Source: an uncultured Poribacteria bacterium (GTDB lineage: Bacteria > Poribacteria > WGA-4E > WGA-3G). Taken from it: a stretch of DNA of 64,000 nucleotides. The DNA is taken from assembly GCA_951813565.1 (NCBI GenBank), contig OX638351.1:863389-927388 (forward strand). Reading direction: 5' to 3'. The number at the start of each line of letters is the position of its first letter. Within the stretch, counting starts at the first letter, position 1. The translations under genes and the position numbers were made by a program. This document shows positions 38,945-49,234 of the stretch, one piece after another. The notes under the pieces are model-generated. The model did no database searches, had not been told where the DNA came from, and saw nothing but the letters and a program-made list of their open reading frames with translations.

Positions 38945-40318
38945 ATGGCAGAAAACCTATTAACAGATGAACAGATGCGGCATTTTATCGTGAACGGGTT
39001 TGTCACCGTTACGACAGCGTTACCGCCAGCATTTCACGATGACATCTTTGAAAGAACTGCTGTTGTGTTTGACAAGGAAGGCAATCCGGGCAATAATCTC
39101 TTGCCGAGAATACCAGAAATTCAGAGCGTGTTTGACGATGCAAACGTGAAAGGTGCATTGACAAGTCTGCTGGGACCGGATTACTATATGCAACCGCATC
39201 GGCATCCGCACTATAATCCGCCCGGTAGTAAAGGGCAAGGCATGCATCAAGATGGTGGAAAGCGATGGTCACACCATACACGTCGGTTGCTCGTTTTCTA
39301 TTATCCGCAAGATACACTTGTTGAACGTGGACCGACCGGTGTTGTGCCGATAAGTCATTACTTCAGTACAAATGAAGGTTCGCAAGTATCTCCCGAACGA
39401 CCCGTCTCTGGTAAAGCGGGAACAGTTGCCTTTGCTAACTACGACCTGTGGCACCGTGCCATGCCGAATCAGACTGATAAGAGGCGTTACATGATGAAAT
39501 TCCTCTATGCTCGGATGACGGAACCGCAAGAACCTACGTGGGCAAATAAAGAGACAGAATGGGCAAACGGCACAGCAATCGGACCGGCGGAACATCAGGA
39601 GATGTTTAAACATCTGTGGAACTGGCATCTTGGACCAAAGCACAGTGATTCGCCATCTTCACCTAACGGTGAATCGTTATCAGATTTAATCAGCGCGTTG
39701 AACAACACGACTGAATCAACGGGATTGCGGGCTGCATATCAAGTGCCAATGTTTGGCGAAAAAGCTGTGCCAGCACTGGTGAGATGTTTGCATGAGGAAT
39801 CGGATATGACTCGCCGAAACGCATGTTATGCGCTCAATGCAGTGGGGACTCCTGCTGTGAATGCGTTGCAAGATGCCTTGAAAGATTCACCTGAACATGT
39901 TCGTGCGAATTCTGCAGAAGCACTCGGAGACCTTGGGACTAATGCAGAACCCGCCGTTCCTGCATTAGTTGAGGCATTAGAAGATGAATCTGCCAATGTC
40001 CGGGCACGCGCGATTGAGTCGTTAGGCACAACGAGTCAATCAAGTTCGTTAGCAGTTCCAGGATTAATTAAGGCATTAGAAGATACGAATGGTGGGATCA
40101 GACGTAATGCTGTGTTTGCGCTGTGTCGGATTGGTAAAAATGCTGCGGACGCAGTTGAAGGTTTGGAAAATCTACTTTTTGATGAGAACCGTTATATTCG
40201 TGGCAATGCGGTGCATGCGCTTTACCGTATTGGCACACCACAAGCAAAATCGGTGCTTCTTAATTATTTGGAAGGCACGCGTTGGTGTGCATTGACGAAC
40301 CGCGAAACCACGTTTTAA
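38945..40318 (+). CDS. PhyH-family dioxygenase fused to C-terminal HEAT repeats
   Basis: MHQDG and LWHRA, followed by VRANSAEALG, VRARAIESLG, IRRNAVFAL. ATG 38945 follows GGAGGA. Confidence 0.85.
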   Translation: MAENLLTDEQMRHFIVNGFVTVTTALPPAFHDDIFERTAVVFDKEGNPGNNLLPRIPEIQSVFDDANVKGALTSLLGPDYYMQPHRHPHYNPPGSKGQGMHQDGGKRWSHHTRRLLVFYYPQDTLVERGPTGVVPISHYFSTNEGSQVSPERPVSGKAGTVAFANYDLWHRAMPNQTDKRRYMMKFLYARMTEPQEPTWANKETEWANGTAIGPAEHQEMFKHLWNWHLGPKHSDSPSSPNGESLSDLISALNNTTESTGLRAAYQVPMFGEKAVPALVRCLHEESDMTRRNACYALNAVGTPAVNALQDALKDSPEHVRANSAEALGDLGTNAEPAVPALVEALEDESANVRARAIESLGTTSQSSSLAVPGLIKALEDTNGGIRRNAVFALCRIGKNAADAVEGLENLLFDENRYIRGNAVHALYRIGTPQAKSVLLNYLEGTRWCALTNRETTF

Positions 40319-40488
40319 GATTATTGTGGTTGGACTACTGCTCCGCTTTATTGTAGGGCGGGGTCTCTGTGCCCCGCCTAATGTATAAACACGCATGAGG
40401 TGTTGATTTAGTCATTCAGTGTTTGTAGTCGCGCAATTTATTGCGCCTCTTTGAATTCGTTACGGCACGCGGAGCGTGCCTACTACTT

Positions 40489-42681
40489 TTAAGCAGACTG
40501 AAACGCAGCATAAATCTCCCGTGCCCGACTTTCAACATCCTTTAAATAGGTCTCACCGATTTGTACGCGGTAAAGTTCAGTGAGGTTACCACTTGTCTCA
40601 CCAAAGGCTTTGGCATAACGCCGGCATTCCTCCTTATCAGGACCGGAGGCATAGGCTTTTGTCTTCGCATCTGTCCCAGACTTTCTAACCTCAACAAACT
40701 TATCCGCAAACTTAAGGTAAGTTCCATCCCCGACAAATCGGACACTCTCAAGTGTCGTAAAATCGAGATCCGGAAGCGCGTCAGAAAGGATAGCACGCGC
40801 TTGTTCCATATCTATTTTTCCTTGACGTAGTGCAATGGCAATTCCAAGGAAGAACAGGTCGTTTTTGTCACGTTTCGCTTCGCCTTCCCGTTTTGCTGCG
40901 CGCAGTTTTTCAGGATTCGGTTCAGACTCGTTGTAGTAAGTAATATCTTCTCTCACGTCACACGTTGCGGTAATCCGACTTTCGGTAAAAATGGAGGCGA
41001 GATAGTCAGACAAAGGCATATCCGCCTGTTTGCAGTGCGCTGCAAGTGCTGTGACCAACACCATAGATTCACCTGCTGATTTCTCCCGCATCGCTATGGC
41101 GGTCCTTCCACCCTGACTCTGGATAAGTTCTTCGGGGCCGGTAATCATGCCACCACTCTCTTCACCCGCGAAAATCAGGCGTGGCTGTAAACCAAGCGAA
41201 ATCGTTTCACCATAAATATCTTGGATAACAACTGGCGTGTCTGGTATGTCGGTTATCTGCTTCTCAATCTTTTTCATAATTGCGGCAATTTCTTTGAAAC
41301 CGACCGGTACATTAATCACATTTACCCCATTAGCAGCAGCCCATTGGTCCCAAGCAAGTGCAGAAGGCGTTGTTTTAATCATAAATCGCGGATGGTCTTC
41401 CCAAAGTCCTGCGGTTTTAAGTTGCTTCGTGTGGAAATCCATTAACATCAGAAACGCTTGGTTAGGTGTGTAAATCGTCAATAGCCGATCGTCGTCAAGC
41501 ATTAGGAAATCAACACCAAGACTTTGGAGTGTTTCGGCACGCGATGTTTCTTCTATTTGACAAACGATAAGTCGGTCTCCATCTGGATCGGTTGCCTCAA
41601 TGATTGTTCCGATAGGTTGCTTTTTCAGTTTGGTCGCGTACTCTGCAGATTTGACGACATCAAGAATACTAAAATCGCATCCAAGGTCATAGAATTCTGC
41701 CTCGCCTGTTTTCGGATTTTTGTCCAGTTTTCCGATATTATGATAGAGCGGGTCAGCTTCAACGTGGAGCCAACGCACAGAATCGGCAATACCCAACCGC
41801 TCAAAGATCGCACGCATCGGGCGATACATGCACCCACCGACACAATCCACAACAATTGGCGGTTTCGTCTGACGGATAAGGTTGAGATTTGCCTCTGTGG
41901 CAACACCGCTTTTGAGATAACCGACATAAAGTTGTACGCCATCGTGAAGTTCGTCTAATCGTTCGAAATCAATATGTTCGTTGTTGACTGTACTAAAATG
42001 AATCGGATACCCCTCCGTATCAGCAGTATTAAGAATCTCCTCAATCTTTTTGACAAACTGCATGGATTCTTCGGGTAGGTATTGACTTCCTTGATTGTTG
42101 AGGTCTTTTGTTGCGTTTTTGGTGCTAACAGAGTGGCTTGATGTGACATGCTCGCCGCCATCCAAGTCAAGCATGAAAATAAGGAATGATGCCATCCAAA
42201 TCGGCAACGTACCAAACCCTTTCGGCACATAAGTCCGTATGCCTTGTGCTGCTTGAATGCGAGCAATGAATTCAACATATTTTTGCGAGTTGTAGCGCAC
42301 CTCACATCCTGCAAGTTTTTCTACAGGTTTCCCACCAGATTTTTCCTTTGCAACGAGACTTTTTCCAAGTGTCGCCAAGATAATACCCACCTGATTAATC
42401 GGAAAGCGCGTATCCCACGGATATAGAATGTTTTGTGGACCGCGTATCCCTGCAGTTGAAACCTGCGCTTCCTTAGCATAGTTACCGAACCATTCCCACA
42501 GGTTCAATTGTTCAATGAGTTCCTTGTTGAGTAGGAATGTGAATGCATCGGGTTCGTCTTGGGGAAAAAGAGGTAATTTGATTGAGTCGGGGGTGTTCTG
42601 CTCAACCATTGCGAAAAGTTGTTGTTCTGTTAGGTTACGTTTGTCAAGGGACGCTGCATCTACAGCAATTACCATCTCCAC
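40489..42681 (-). CDS. Divergent phosphoglucomutase/phosphomannomutase-family protein (730 aa)
   Basis: STAGIRG, TSSH, TDPDGDR and AGEESGG motifs. Confidence 0.8.
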   Translation of the reverse strand: MEMVIAVDAASLDKRNLTEQQLFAMVEQNTPDSIKLPLFPQDEPDAFTFLLNKELIEQLNLWEWFGNYAKEAQVSTAGIRGPQNILYPWDTRFPINQVGIILATLGKSLVAKEKSGGKPVEKLAGCEVRYNSQKYVEFIARIQAAQGIRTYVPKGFGTLPIWMASFLIFMLDLDGGEHVTSSHSVSTKNATKDLNNQGSQYLPEESMQFVKKIEEILNTADTEGYPIHFSTVNNEHIDFERLDELHDGVQLYVGYLKSGVATEANLNLIRQTKPPIVVDCVGGCMYRPMRAIFERLGIADSVRWLHVEADPLYHNIGKLDKNPKTGEAEFYDLGCDFSILDVVKSAEYATKLKKQPIGTIIEATDPDGDRLIVCQIEETSRAETLQSLGVDFLMLDDDRLLTIYTPNQAFLMLMDFHTKQLKTAGLWEDHPRFMIKTTPSALAWDQWAAANGVNVINVPVGFKEIAAIMKKIEKQITDIPDTPVVIQDIYGETISLGLQPRLIFAGEESGGMITGPEELIQSQGGRTAIAMREKSAGESMVLVTALAAHCKQADMPLSDYLASIFTESRITATCDVREDITYYNESEPNPEKLRAAKREGEAKRDKNDLFFLGIAIALRQGKIDMEQARAILSDALPDLDFTTLESVRFVGDGTYLKFADKFVEVRKSGTDAKTKAYASGPDKEECRRYAKAFGETSGNLTELYRVQIGETYLKDVESRAREIYAAFQSA

Positions 42682-42973
42682 GCTCCAAAAAAGTTTTTAC
42701 AGTTATTATAGCATATACACCATATTTTGTGGACAGTTAATTGCGTGGGATTTGTTAGGTTATAGGTTGGGCAGTAGGGCGGTGATGTGGTGGGTGTAGA
42801 TATGGTGTTTTCCATTGAATTCAAGTGTAGGCATAGGGAACTCCGAGAAAAAAGATTTGCGATTCATAAGATAAATTTTAACACAAAGTCGCGTTGGGTA
42901 TCAAGCAATTTTCCTTAAAACTATTTCTTACCAGAAGATAAGATTTTCATTAACATCAACCTTTCTCTGTCAT

Positions 42974-43554
42974 CAGAGGCATTCAATTTTCGTCTAATTA
43001 TCCGTTTTAGTTGAAAAGTTGGGACCTAAAAATCGTTCCCAGATGCACGAATTGATTGTATTTTTCTTCTCATTTTATTGGAATCATCTCTTTAAAAAGT
43101 TACCACTTGGTAACTTTTTTCATACCGTGGCAACTTTTTGAAATTCGCTATAAGCTCAGTATCTGTAGGGGTTTATAGACATTTTATTTAAGTTTTATAT
43201 TTTTCATCTGCGTTGAGGAACACGGGTTTCCTTTTGCAGGAGATATTTTATTTTGGTAAGTTTTGTGTTGTCGTCTTTGCATTAGAGAGTTACTTTCGAT
43301 TTTCGGTGTGTTTGGGGATCGGTTTTCTCTTTTCATACTGATATTATACCAAGCTCTGTGTAGTGATCAGAGGTTTTCGTGGTGTTAAGAACAATAAATA
43401 TCCAATAGATTCACAATAAGTTTGCAGGAAAAGTTGGGGTTGATACGTTTTTTGCATCTTGGATGAGCGTGCATTTTGTTGTCAGCATGGCGGTTGACGC
43501 GATTTTTTTCAGTTTTTGTAAAGGAAGAAATTATTGGAGAATTGAATGCCTCTG
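42974..43554. mobile_element. 581-bp non-autonomous element (MITE) with a 9-bp TSD
   Basis: 15-bp TIR CAGAGGCATTCAATT (42974-88 and 43540-54). CTCTGTCAT duplicated at 42965-73 and 43555-63. Confidence 0.85.
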
Positions 43555-43565
43555 CTCTGTCATCA

Positions 43566-43696
43566 GGGTGTGTAAAGTTTTTGTCACTAGGTGGTTCTGT
43601 AGGGTGTGTAAAGTTTTTGTAGAAATCCGCCCTACAGTGGAAAACGCCGCGTAATCATTGCAAATTGAACCTATGTAACCAAATATTTACACACCC
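43566..43696. repeat. Mini elements with ISKra4-like ends
   Basis: GGGTGTGTAAAGTTTTTG at 43566 and 43602 is identical to the 13517 TIR. TTTACACACCC at 43686-96. Confidence 0.7.
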
Positions 43697-43814
43697 ATAA
43701 TAAATTAAATAACTTGACAAAATCTCCGAAAACCTATTTAATTATGTAGGTTGACGTGCAAATATCATGTTTGCAGTACCTTAAATTTAGACCTATTGGG
43801 AGATATTAAAGGAC

Positions 43815-44276
43815 ATGAAAATAGAAAAACGACTTGAAGAATTAGGGATAGAATTACCACCCCCTGCGACACCCGTTGCTAATTACGTTACCACAGTTCA
43901 AACAGGAAATCTGGTTTTTACATCTGGACACGGCCCTGGTACAGGTGAGGGTAAAATCTATAAAAGCCAACTCGGCACAGATGCGACCATTGAAGAAGGA
44001 TACGAATCCGCGCGTCAAGTTGCAATCGGGTTGTTAAGCACACTCAAACATGCGTTAGGCGATCTGGATCGGATTAAACGTGTTGTGAAGGTTGTCGGAT
44101 TTATCAACTCCTCTGCAGATTTTACGGACCAACCCGCTGTCCTAAACGGTGCATCAGATTTCTTTGTTGAGGTTTTTGGCGATAAAGGCAAACATGCGCG
44201 CTCGGCAGTCGGCATGGTGCAATTGCCCGGCGGTATTCCGGTTGAAGTCGAAATGGTCGTAGAAATTGAGGATTAA
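43815..44276 (+). CDS. RidA/YjgF family protein
   Basis: LEELGIELP...ANYV, VFTSGH, HARSAVG, VEVEMVV. Confidence 0.9.
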   Translation: MKIEKRLEELGIELPPPATPVANYVTTVQTGNLVFTSGHGPGTGEGKIYKSQLGTDATIEEGYESARQVAIGLLSTLKHALGDLDRIKRVVKVVGFINSSADFTDQPAVLNGASDFFVEVFGDKGKHARSAVGMVQLPGGIPVEVEMVVEIED

Positions 44277-44298
44277 CCCTTAAAAAAAGAAGGAAATA

Positions 44299-45492
44299 AT
44301 GGCAGTTCAAATTGTTAAGCCTCGGATTCGTGGTTTTATTTGTACGAACGCGCATCCTGCTGGTTGTCAGGCAAATGTTCAAAGTCAGATAGATTTAATT
44401 AAAGAGAATACCTCACATAAGACGACAGGTTTAAACGCACTTGTTATTGGTGCGTCAACCGGTTATGGACTTGCCTCTCGCATTGCGTTGACGTGGGGAT
44501 ACGGGGCTAAGACGTTAGGTCTCCTCTACGAACGTCCCGCTGATGACCGACGCACAGCGTCTGCTGGCTATTACAACACCTTTGCTTTTCATCAACAAGC
44601 ACAACATGATGGCTTTTTTGCTCAGAGTCTCAACGGCGATGCCTTTTCGGATGAAGTAAAACACGAGACTATAGAACAACTTAAAGTCAATTTTGGCAAA
44701 ATAGATGTTCTTGTCTATAGCATCGCTGCACCGCGCCGAATCCATCCGCGCACTGGCGAAACACATAATTCTGAACTGAAACCGATCGGTGAATCGTATA
44801 CAGGTAAAACCATTGATCTGAACAACGAAGTCGTTGCCCCTGTAACGATTGAACCTGCAACTGACCAAGAAATCGTAGACACAATCGCTGTGATGGGAGG
44901 TGAAGACTTAGAGATGTGGGTTGAAGCTTTAGCAGATGCCGAATTACTCGCGCCGGAAGTGGCTGTTGTCGCATATACCTATATCGGCAGTACATTAACC
45001 TGGCCGATTTACCGAGATGGTACTATCGGCAGAGCAAAGGATGATTTAAAGGCACGCGTTGACGCGCTTGATGAAAAACTTTCAAATCAATTCGGTGGCA
45101 ATGCGTATATTTCGGTTAACAAAGCTGTTGTTACGCAAGCTTCTGCTGCTATACCTGTTGTTCCGCTTTACATTAGTATCCTCTACGATATTATGACCGC
45201 AAAAGGTATTAATGAAGCGCCGATTGGGCAGATGCGTCGATTATTCTCGGAACATCTTGGTCCTGGGTTAAAACCGCAACTTGATGGTGAACGTTATATT
45301 CGGTTGGATGACAGGGAATTACGGCAGGATGTGACCGATGTGGTCACCGAACGTTGGGAACAGATTAATACCGACAATTTCCATGAACTCTCTGATTACA
45401 CTGGCTACAGACGACGTTTCCGCAACCTTTTTGGCTTTGAGGTTGAGGGTGTTGACTATGATGAGGCAGTGGAAACAGAATTAACATTCTAA
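44299..45492 (+). CDS. fabV: Enoyl-ACP/trans-2-enoyl-CoA reductase FabV
   Basis: RGFICTNAHPAGC, GASTGYGLASRI, YSIAAP, YIGSTLTWPIY, KAVVTQASAAIP. Confidence 0.93.
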   Translation: MAVQIVKPRIRGFICTNAHPAGCQANVQSQIDLIKENTSHKTTGLNALVIGASTGYGLASRIALTWGYGAKTLGLLYERPADDRRTASAGYYNTFAFHQQAQHDGFFAQSLNGDAFSDEVKHETIEQLKVNFGKIDVLVYSIAAPRRIHPRTGETHNSELKPIGESYTGKTIDLNNEVVAPVTIEPATDQEIVDTIAVMGGEDLEMWVEALADAELLAPEVAVVAYTYIGSTLTWPIYRDGTIGRAKDDLKARVDALDEKLSNQFGGNAYISVNKAVVTQASAAIPVVPLYISILYDIMTAKGINEAPIGQMRRLFSEHLGPGLKPQLDGERYIRLDDRELRQDVTDVVTERWEQINTDNFHELSDYTGYRRRFRNLFGFEVEGVDYDEAVETELTF

Positions 45493-45543
45493 CAGTCCAA
45501 TAACCGTAGGCACGCTGTCAGTGGTGCTTCAATATATTTTTCA

Positions 45544-45621
45544 ATATTAGGTAAAGAGGACATAGCAACCGATTTACAAGCGATTTGCGGTGAATGTCAT
45601 TATGCATTCTTATGTTGTTGA
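45544..45621 (+). pseudogene. Possible HNH endonuclease C-terminal remnant
   Basis: Translates LGKEDIATDLQAICGECH, resembling the G.E...DL..LC..CH tail of HNH proteins. Confidence 0.35.
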
Positions 45622-45725
45622 TGCACAACATAAGAATGCAATAAGTTCAATCAGGAAGAAGAAACTAAATAAACTTACGGGCAGAAGATCTGGCACTTTC
45701 AAAGACTTGCCCGCCACTTTATATC

Positions 45726-46211
45726 ATGTTTGAGATTTTAAGGGTCTTTTTGGGTATATTTTTCTTTTGCCTTTTTTACATAACTATTGCTATCGGTCCA
45801 ACTCTTATTGAAAGATCTTATGATCTGTTAATCAGAAGAGTATTAGTAATTATTTGTTCTATTGTAAGTGGAATAAGTGCGGCTATAGTCGAAGGAATAA
45901 TAACGGGACCACCAGACGAAAGATTTTCAATAGCGGATCCGTGGTTTTGGTTTTTCATGGTGCCATTTATGTGCCTTTTTATGTTTGGTATATTTTGGAT
46001 ATGTGGATCTTGGCCCAGAGCTCTTAAAAAATTACAGAATAAATTGACCATTGAATACCAAAGATTGAAAAATCATGCACATTTGTCTCAAGAAATAATA
46101 TATGATATTCTACTAAAAAAAATGAGAAAATCCGAAAAAGACTTATATAGGATAGAAACGGATGGCTTTGGAAAGGTTTATATCTTTCCTCGCAATATAC
46201 ACATTACATAA
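45726..46211 (+). CDS. Hypothetical 3-TM membrane protein
   Basis: Three hydrophobic segments and a soluble tail. AT-rich. Confidence 0.6.
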   Translation: MFEILRVFLGIFFFCLFYITIAIGPTLIERSYDLLIRRVLVIICSIVSGISAAIVEGIITGPPDERFSIADPWFWFFMVPFMCLFMFGIFWICGSWPRALKKLQNKLTIEYQRLKNHAHLSQEIIYDILLKKMRKSEKDLYRIETDGFGKVYIFPRNIHIT

Positions 46212-46354
46212 GAAGCACCCCATGAACCTTATCAATCAAATTGTGTTACGCCAAACAAGTATACACACCTTTTATTAAATTAAACTGATGTGTCAATAAT
46301 CACTGCAAATTATTCCATAAATATATTTGCCTGCAATGGAAGAAGGATAGTATT

Positions 46355-48100
46355 ATGAGGCAGAATATGAATAGACGCAACTTCTTAAACATAGGGAATA
46401 TAGTGGTTGGTAAGGTAATTCCTGCTGAACGGTTAGGCATTCCAGGTACGGAACAAGATTTAACACAACTATTGGAAACATTTAACTATGAAGATGTTTT
46501 GATAACTCTTTCCAGAATCAATCTCTTATTACAACGTACAGATAACCTTTTAGATGACGAAAATGATCTTAAAATAGCTTTTTGTCGTGGAACTATACTC
46601 AATGCAATTGATGTTTGTCCAGACATAAGGAATGATTTCGTTTTCAGTCGACAAGGCACACTTCGCCTTTTAGACAAATGTGCATTAAATTCAGATTCAC
46701 AGTCCACTTATACGATTACAAACACAAAGGTAATGAACGATTTAGCTAAGGCATACCTAATTGTTAACGGATTACTTGATGCAGGTTCTTCTACTTTGAG
46801 CACATCAGAAGATGAAGAAGAAAGGAACATGTTAGTTAATTCTATTCCTTTTCAAGAATATGCTACCAATGAAGCACCGCAAGTTTATACGAAACATTTA
46901 GTTGTCCGGACAGAGGAATTATTACGTCTGCTTCAGAAAGATACCTCAAAACTTGATGTAAACGATATTTTCTCTCAGAAAACTGGGTTGACATTACAAG
47001 ATTACCAAAATCTCATTTTTCTCATAGTTACATTTTATTGGACTTTAACGTCAAAGGATATTCGCCTACAAGATCCATTAACAGGTAAATCTTTATTTTT
47101 CAAACCTAATATACATTCAGACGACCTCATACCACTATTTCAGAAACTACTACCACTTATATCTGTCTCAATAGACGAACTGAACAGTAAAGCAAATGAA
47201 TATGCAAGATTCATAGACGAATTCAGATTATGGCGGGACTATCCGCTTTTAAAAATAAATGAAAACACGACTATTTGTGTTGACTTTTCCTTCCTTTTGG
47301 AGAAAATTCAATCTGGGGCATTTTGGCTCATCCGTAAGTGGGTCAGAGGCAGCAGTGAAGAAGGGACTTTTGAAGACTTATGGGGTGATGTATTTGAAAA
47401 TTATGCTGCCTCTATAATTAAGCGAGGAATCAACTCCCAAAGTCCATCTATTCAAGAAAAAGTTATTGTTAATCCAAAATACGATCAAAAACCTGATGAA
47501 GAATGTGTTGATGTTGCTGTTTGTAGTGATGATACCCTTACCTTGGTCGAATGCAAATCAACACTCCTTTCTGCAGCATCTAAATTTAGTGGTGATTTCA
47601 ACAAATTTTATGATGGTGCTAAGTCAGTAAAAAAAGGTATAGAACAGTTAGGGACGGCTATTCAGCATTTAGGAAATAAAGATGAAAACCAAAGGCATGT
47701 TGTCAAAGATATTGACATCTGCAAAATAAAGAAGATCTATCCTGTTTTAGTCATTTCAGATCGGTTATTATCCTACTTATTTATGAACCAGGTTTTGAGT
47801 TCAAAATTTGAAGCCGAAGTTAAAAAGGAATGCTTGATGGAACATTTAGAGGTTATACCACTTACTGTATTGACAATAATGGATCTTGAATTATTAGAGC
47901 CTTATATACAAGACAAACCGCTCAACGCACGCTTAGATGAATGGTTAGACTGGCTTGAAGAGAACCCTCGTATTGGTTTCACAGCATATATGCATGATTT
48001 GATCAACAGAGAACAACGTAACAATCAGTTTATGGATCAGGGGTTTGCTCAATTTCATTCTGAAGGACAGAGGTACTTTTTGGAGAGAGGTATTAGTTGA
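46355..48100 (+). CDS. Hypothetical 581-aa protein with a PD-(D/E)xK (NERD-like) nuclease motif
   Basis: GDVFENY...CVDVAV...LVECKS. Visibly AT-rich codon usage. Confidence 0.65.
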   Translation: MRQNMNRRNFLNIGNIVVGKVIPAERLGIPGTEQDLTQLLETFNYEDVLITLSRINLLLQRTDNLLDDENDLKIAFCRGTILNAIDVCPDIRNDFVFSRQGTLRLLDKCALNSDSQSTYTITNTKVMNDLAKAYLIVNGLLDAGSSTLSTSEDEEERNMLVNSIPFQEYATNEAPQVYTKHLVVRTEELLRLLQKDTSKLDVNDIFSQKTGLTLQDYQNLIFLIVTFYWTLTSKDIRLQDPLTGKSLFFKPNIHSDDLIPLFQKLLPLISVSIDELNSKANEYARFIDEFRLWRDYPLLKINENTTICVDFSFLLEKIQSGAFWLIRKWVRGSSEEGTFEDLWGDVFENYAASIIKRGINSQSPSIQEKVIVNPKYDQKPDEECVDVAVCSDDTLTLVECKSTLLSAASKFSGDFNKFYDGAKSVKKGIEQLGTAIQHLGNKDENQRHVVKDIDICKIKKIYPVLVISDRLLSYLFMNQVLSSKFEAEVKKECLMEHLEVIPLTVLTIMDLELLEPYIQDKPLNARLDEWLDWLEENPRIGFTAYMHDLINREQRNNQFMDQGFAQFHSEGQRYFLERGIS

Positions 48101-48392
48101 TATCTCATAATAGTTACGCATAATACATCATAGTGCATCAAAATGCTGATTGATAAACACTGATTGTGTGATTAATTCACCTTGTTTCAACACAAAACAG
48201 AGAAAATTTGCCAACTAAACTGATTATTTAACGGAAGAATAAGCAAATCATCATAAAGAGTTACGTGTTTTCATGTCTATATAGGTGTTTTGTTGGTTGT
48301 TAGATTTTGAACGATTTTGAGAAATATCAAACTTATTATTTCAAAGAGAATTCCGATAGAATTTCAATGGAATACAATTGAAGGAGAAACTT

Positions 48393-49115
48393 ATGTCACA
48401 ACCTTTAGTTACAGTTTGGAACGAATTTAGACACGAAAAAACGAACGAAAAGATCCGCAAACTTTACCCGAAAGGCATTCATACTGCTATTGCAGATGGG
48501 TTAAGTGAACACGGTATTGAAACGTTAACCGCTACGTTAGATGAACCTGAACACGGTTTAACTGACGAAGTGCTGGATAAAACGAACGTATTGATATGGT
48601 GGGGACATGCTGCACACCATGCCGTTGAAGATGCTATCGCCGATAAGGTCCGAGCACGGGTACTACAAGGAATGGGACTTATTGTGTTACATTCTGGTCA
48701 CTATTCCAAACCCTTTACCCGTTTGATGGGAACGTCATGTAGTCTCAAATGGCGCGAGGCAGCAGAAAAGGAACGTATTTGGGTGATTGAACATGGGCAC
48801 CCGATCGTTGAAGGACTTGGCGAATATTTTGAAATTGAGCATGCCGAAATGTATGGTGAACCGTTTGACATTCCCGAACCCGACACGCTTGTTTTTATCA
48901 GTTGGTTCCCCGGTGGTGAGGTGTTCCGTAGTGGTTGTTGCTACTATCGTGGTAGAGGAAAAATCTTCTATTTTCGTCCTGGTCATGAAACATATCCGAT
49001 TTATTACGATGAGAATGTCCGCCAAGTTATTGCGAACGCTTCGCGTTGGGCATCCCTTGGAGATGCACCAGTGCCTGTCTTTGGGAATGCCAAACCGTTA
49101 GAACCATTGAATTAG
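48393..49115 (+). CDS. ThuA (trehalose utilisation)-like glutamine-amidotransferase-fold protein
   Basis: [43 protein letters not shown]. Confidence 0.9.
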   Translation: MSQPLVTVWNEFRHEKTNEKIRKLYPKGIHTAIADGLSEHGIETLTATLDEPEHGLTDEVLDKTNVLIWWGHAAHHAVEDAIADKVRARVLQGMGLIVLHSGHYSKPFTRLMGTSCSLKWREAAEKERIWVIEHGHPIVEGLGEYFEIEHAEMYGEPFDIPEPDTLVFISWFPGGEVFRSGCCYYRGRGKIFYFRPGHETYPIYYDENVRQVIANASRWASLGDAPVPVFGNAKPLEPLN

Positions 49116-49234
49116 AAAATTGCTATCAATGGACTTTTTGAGTCTGTCGGTTAAAATTTGAACTTCTTTGGTTAACACTTTGCTATACATGTATTGAATA
49201 CATTACGCATTCTGAATTTTAAAGGAGATAAACC

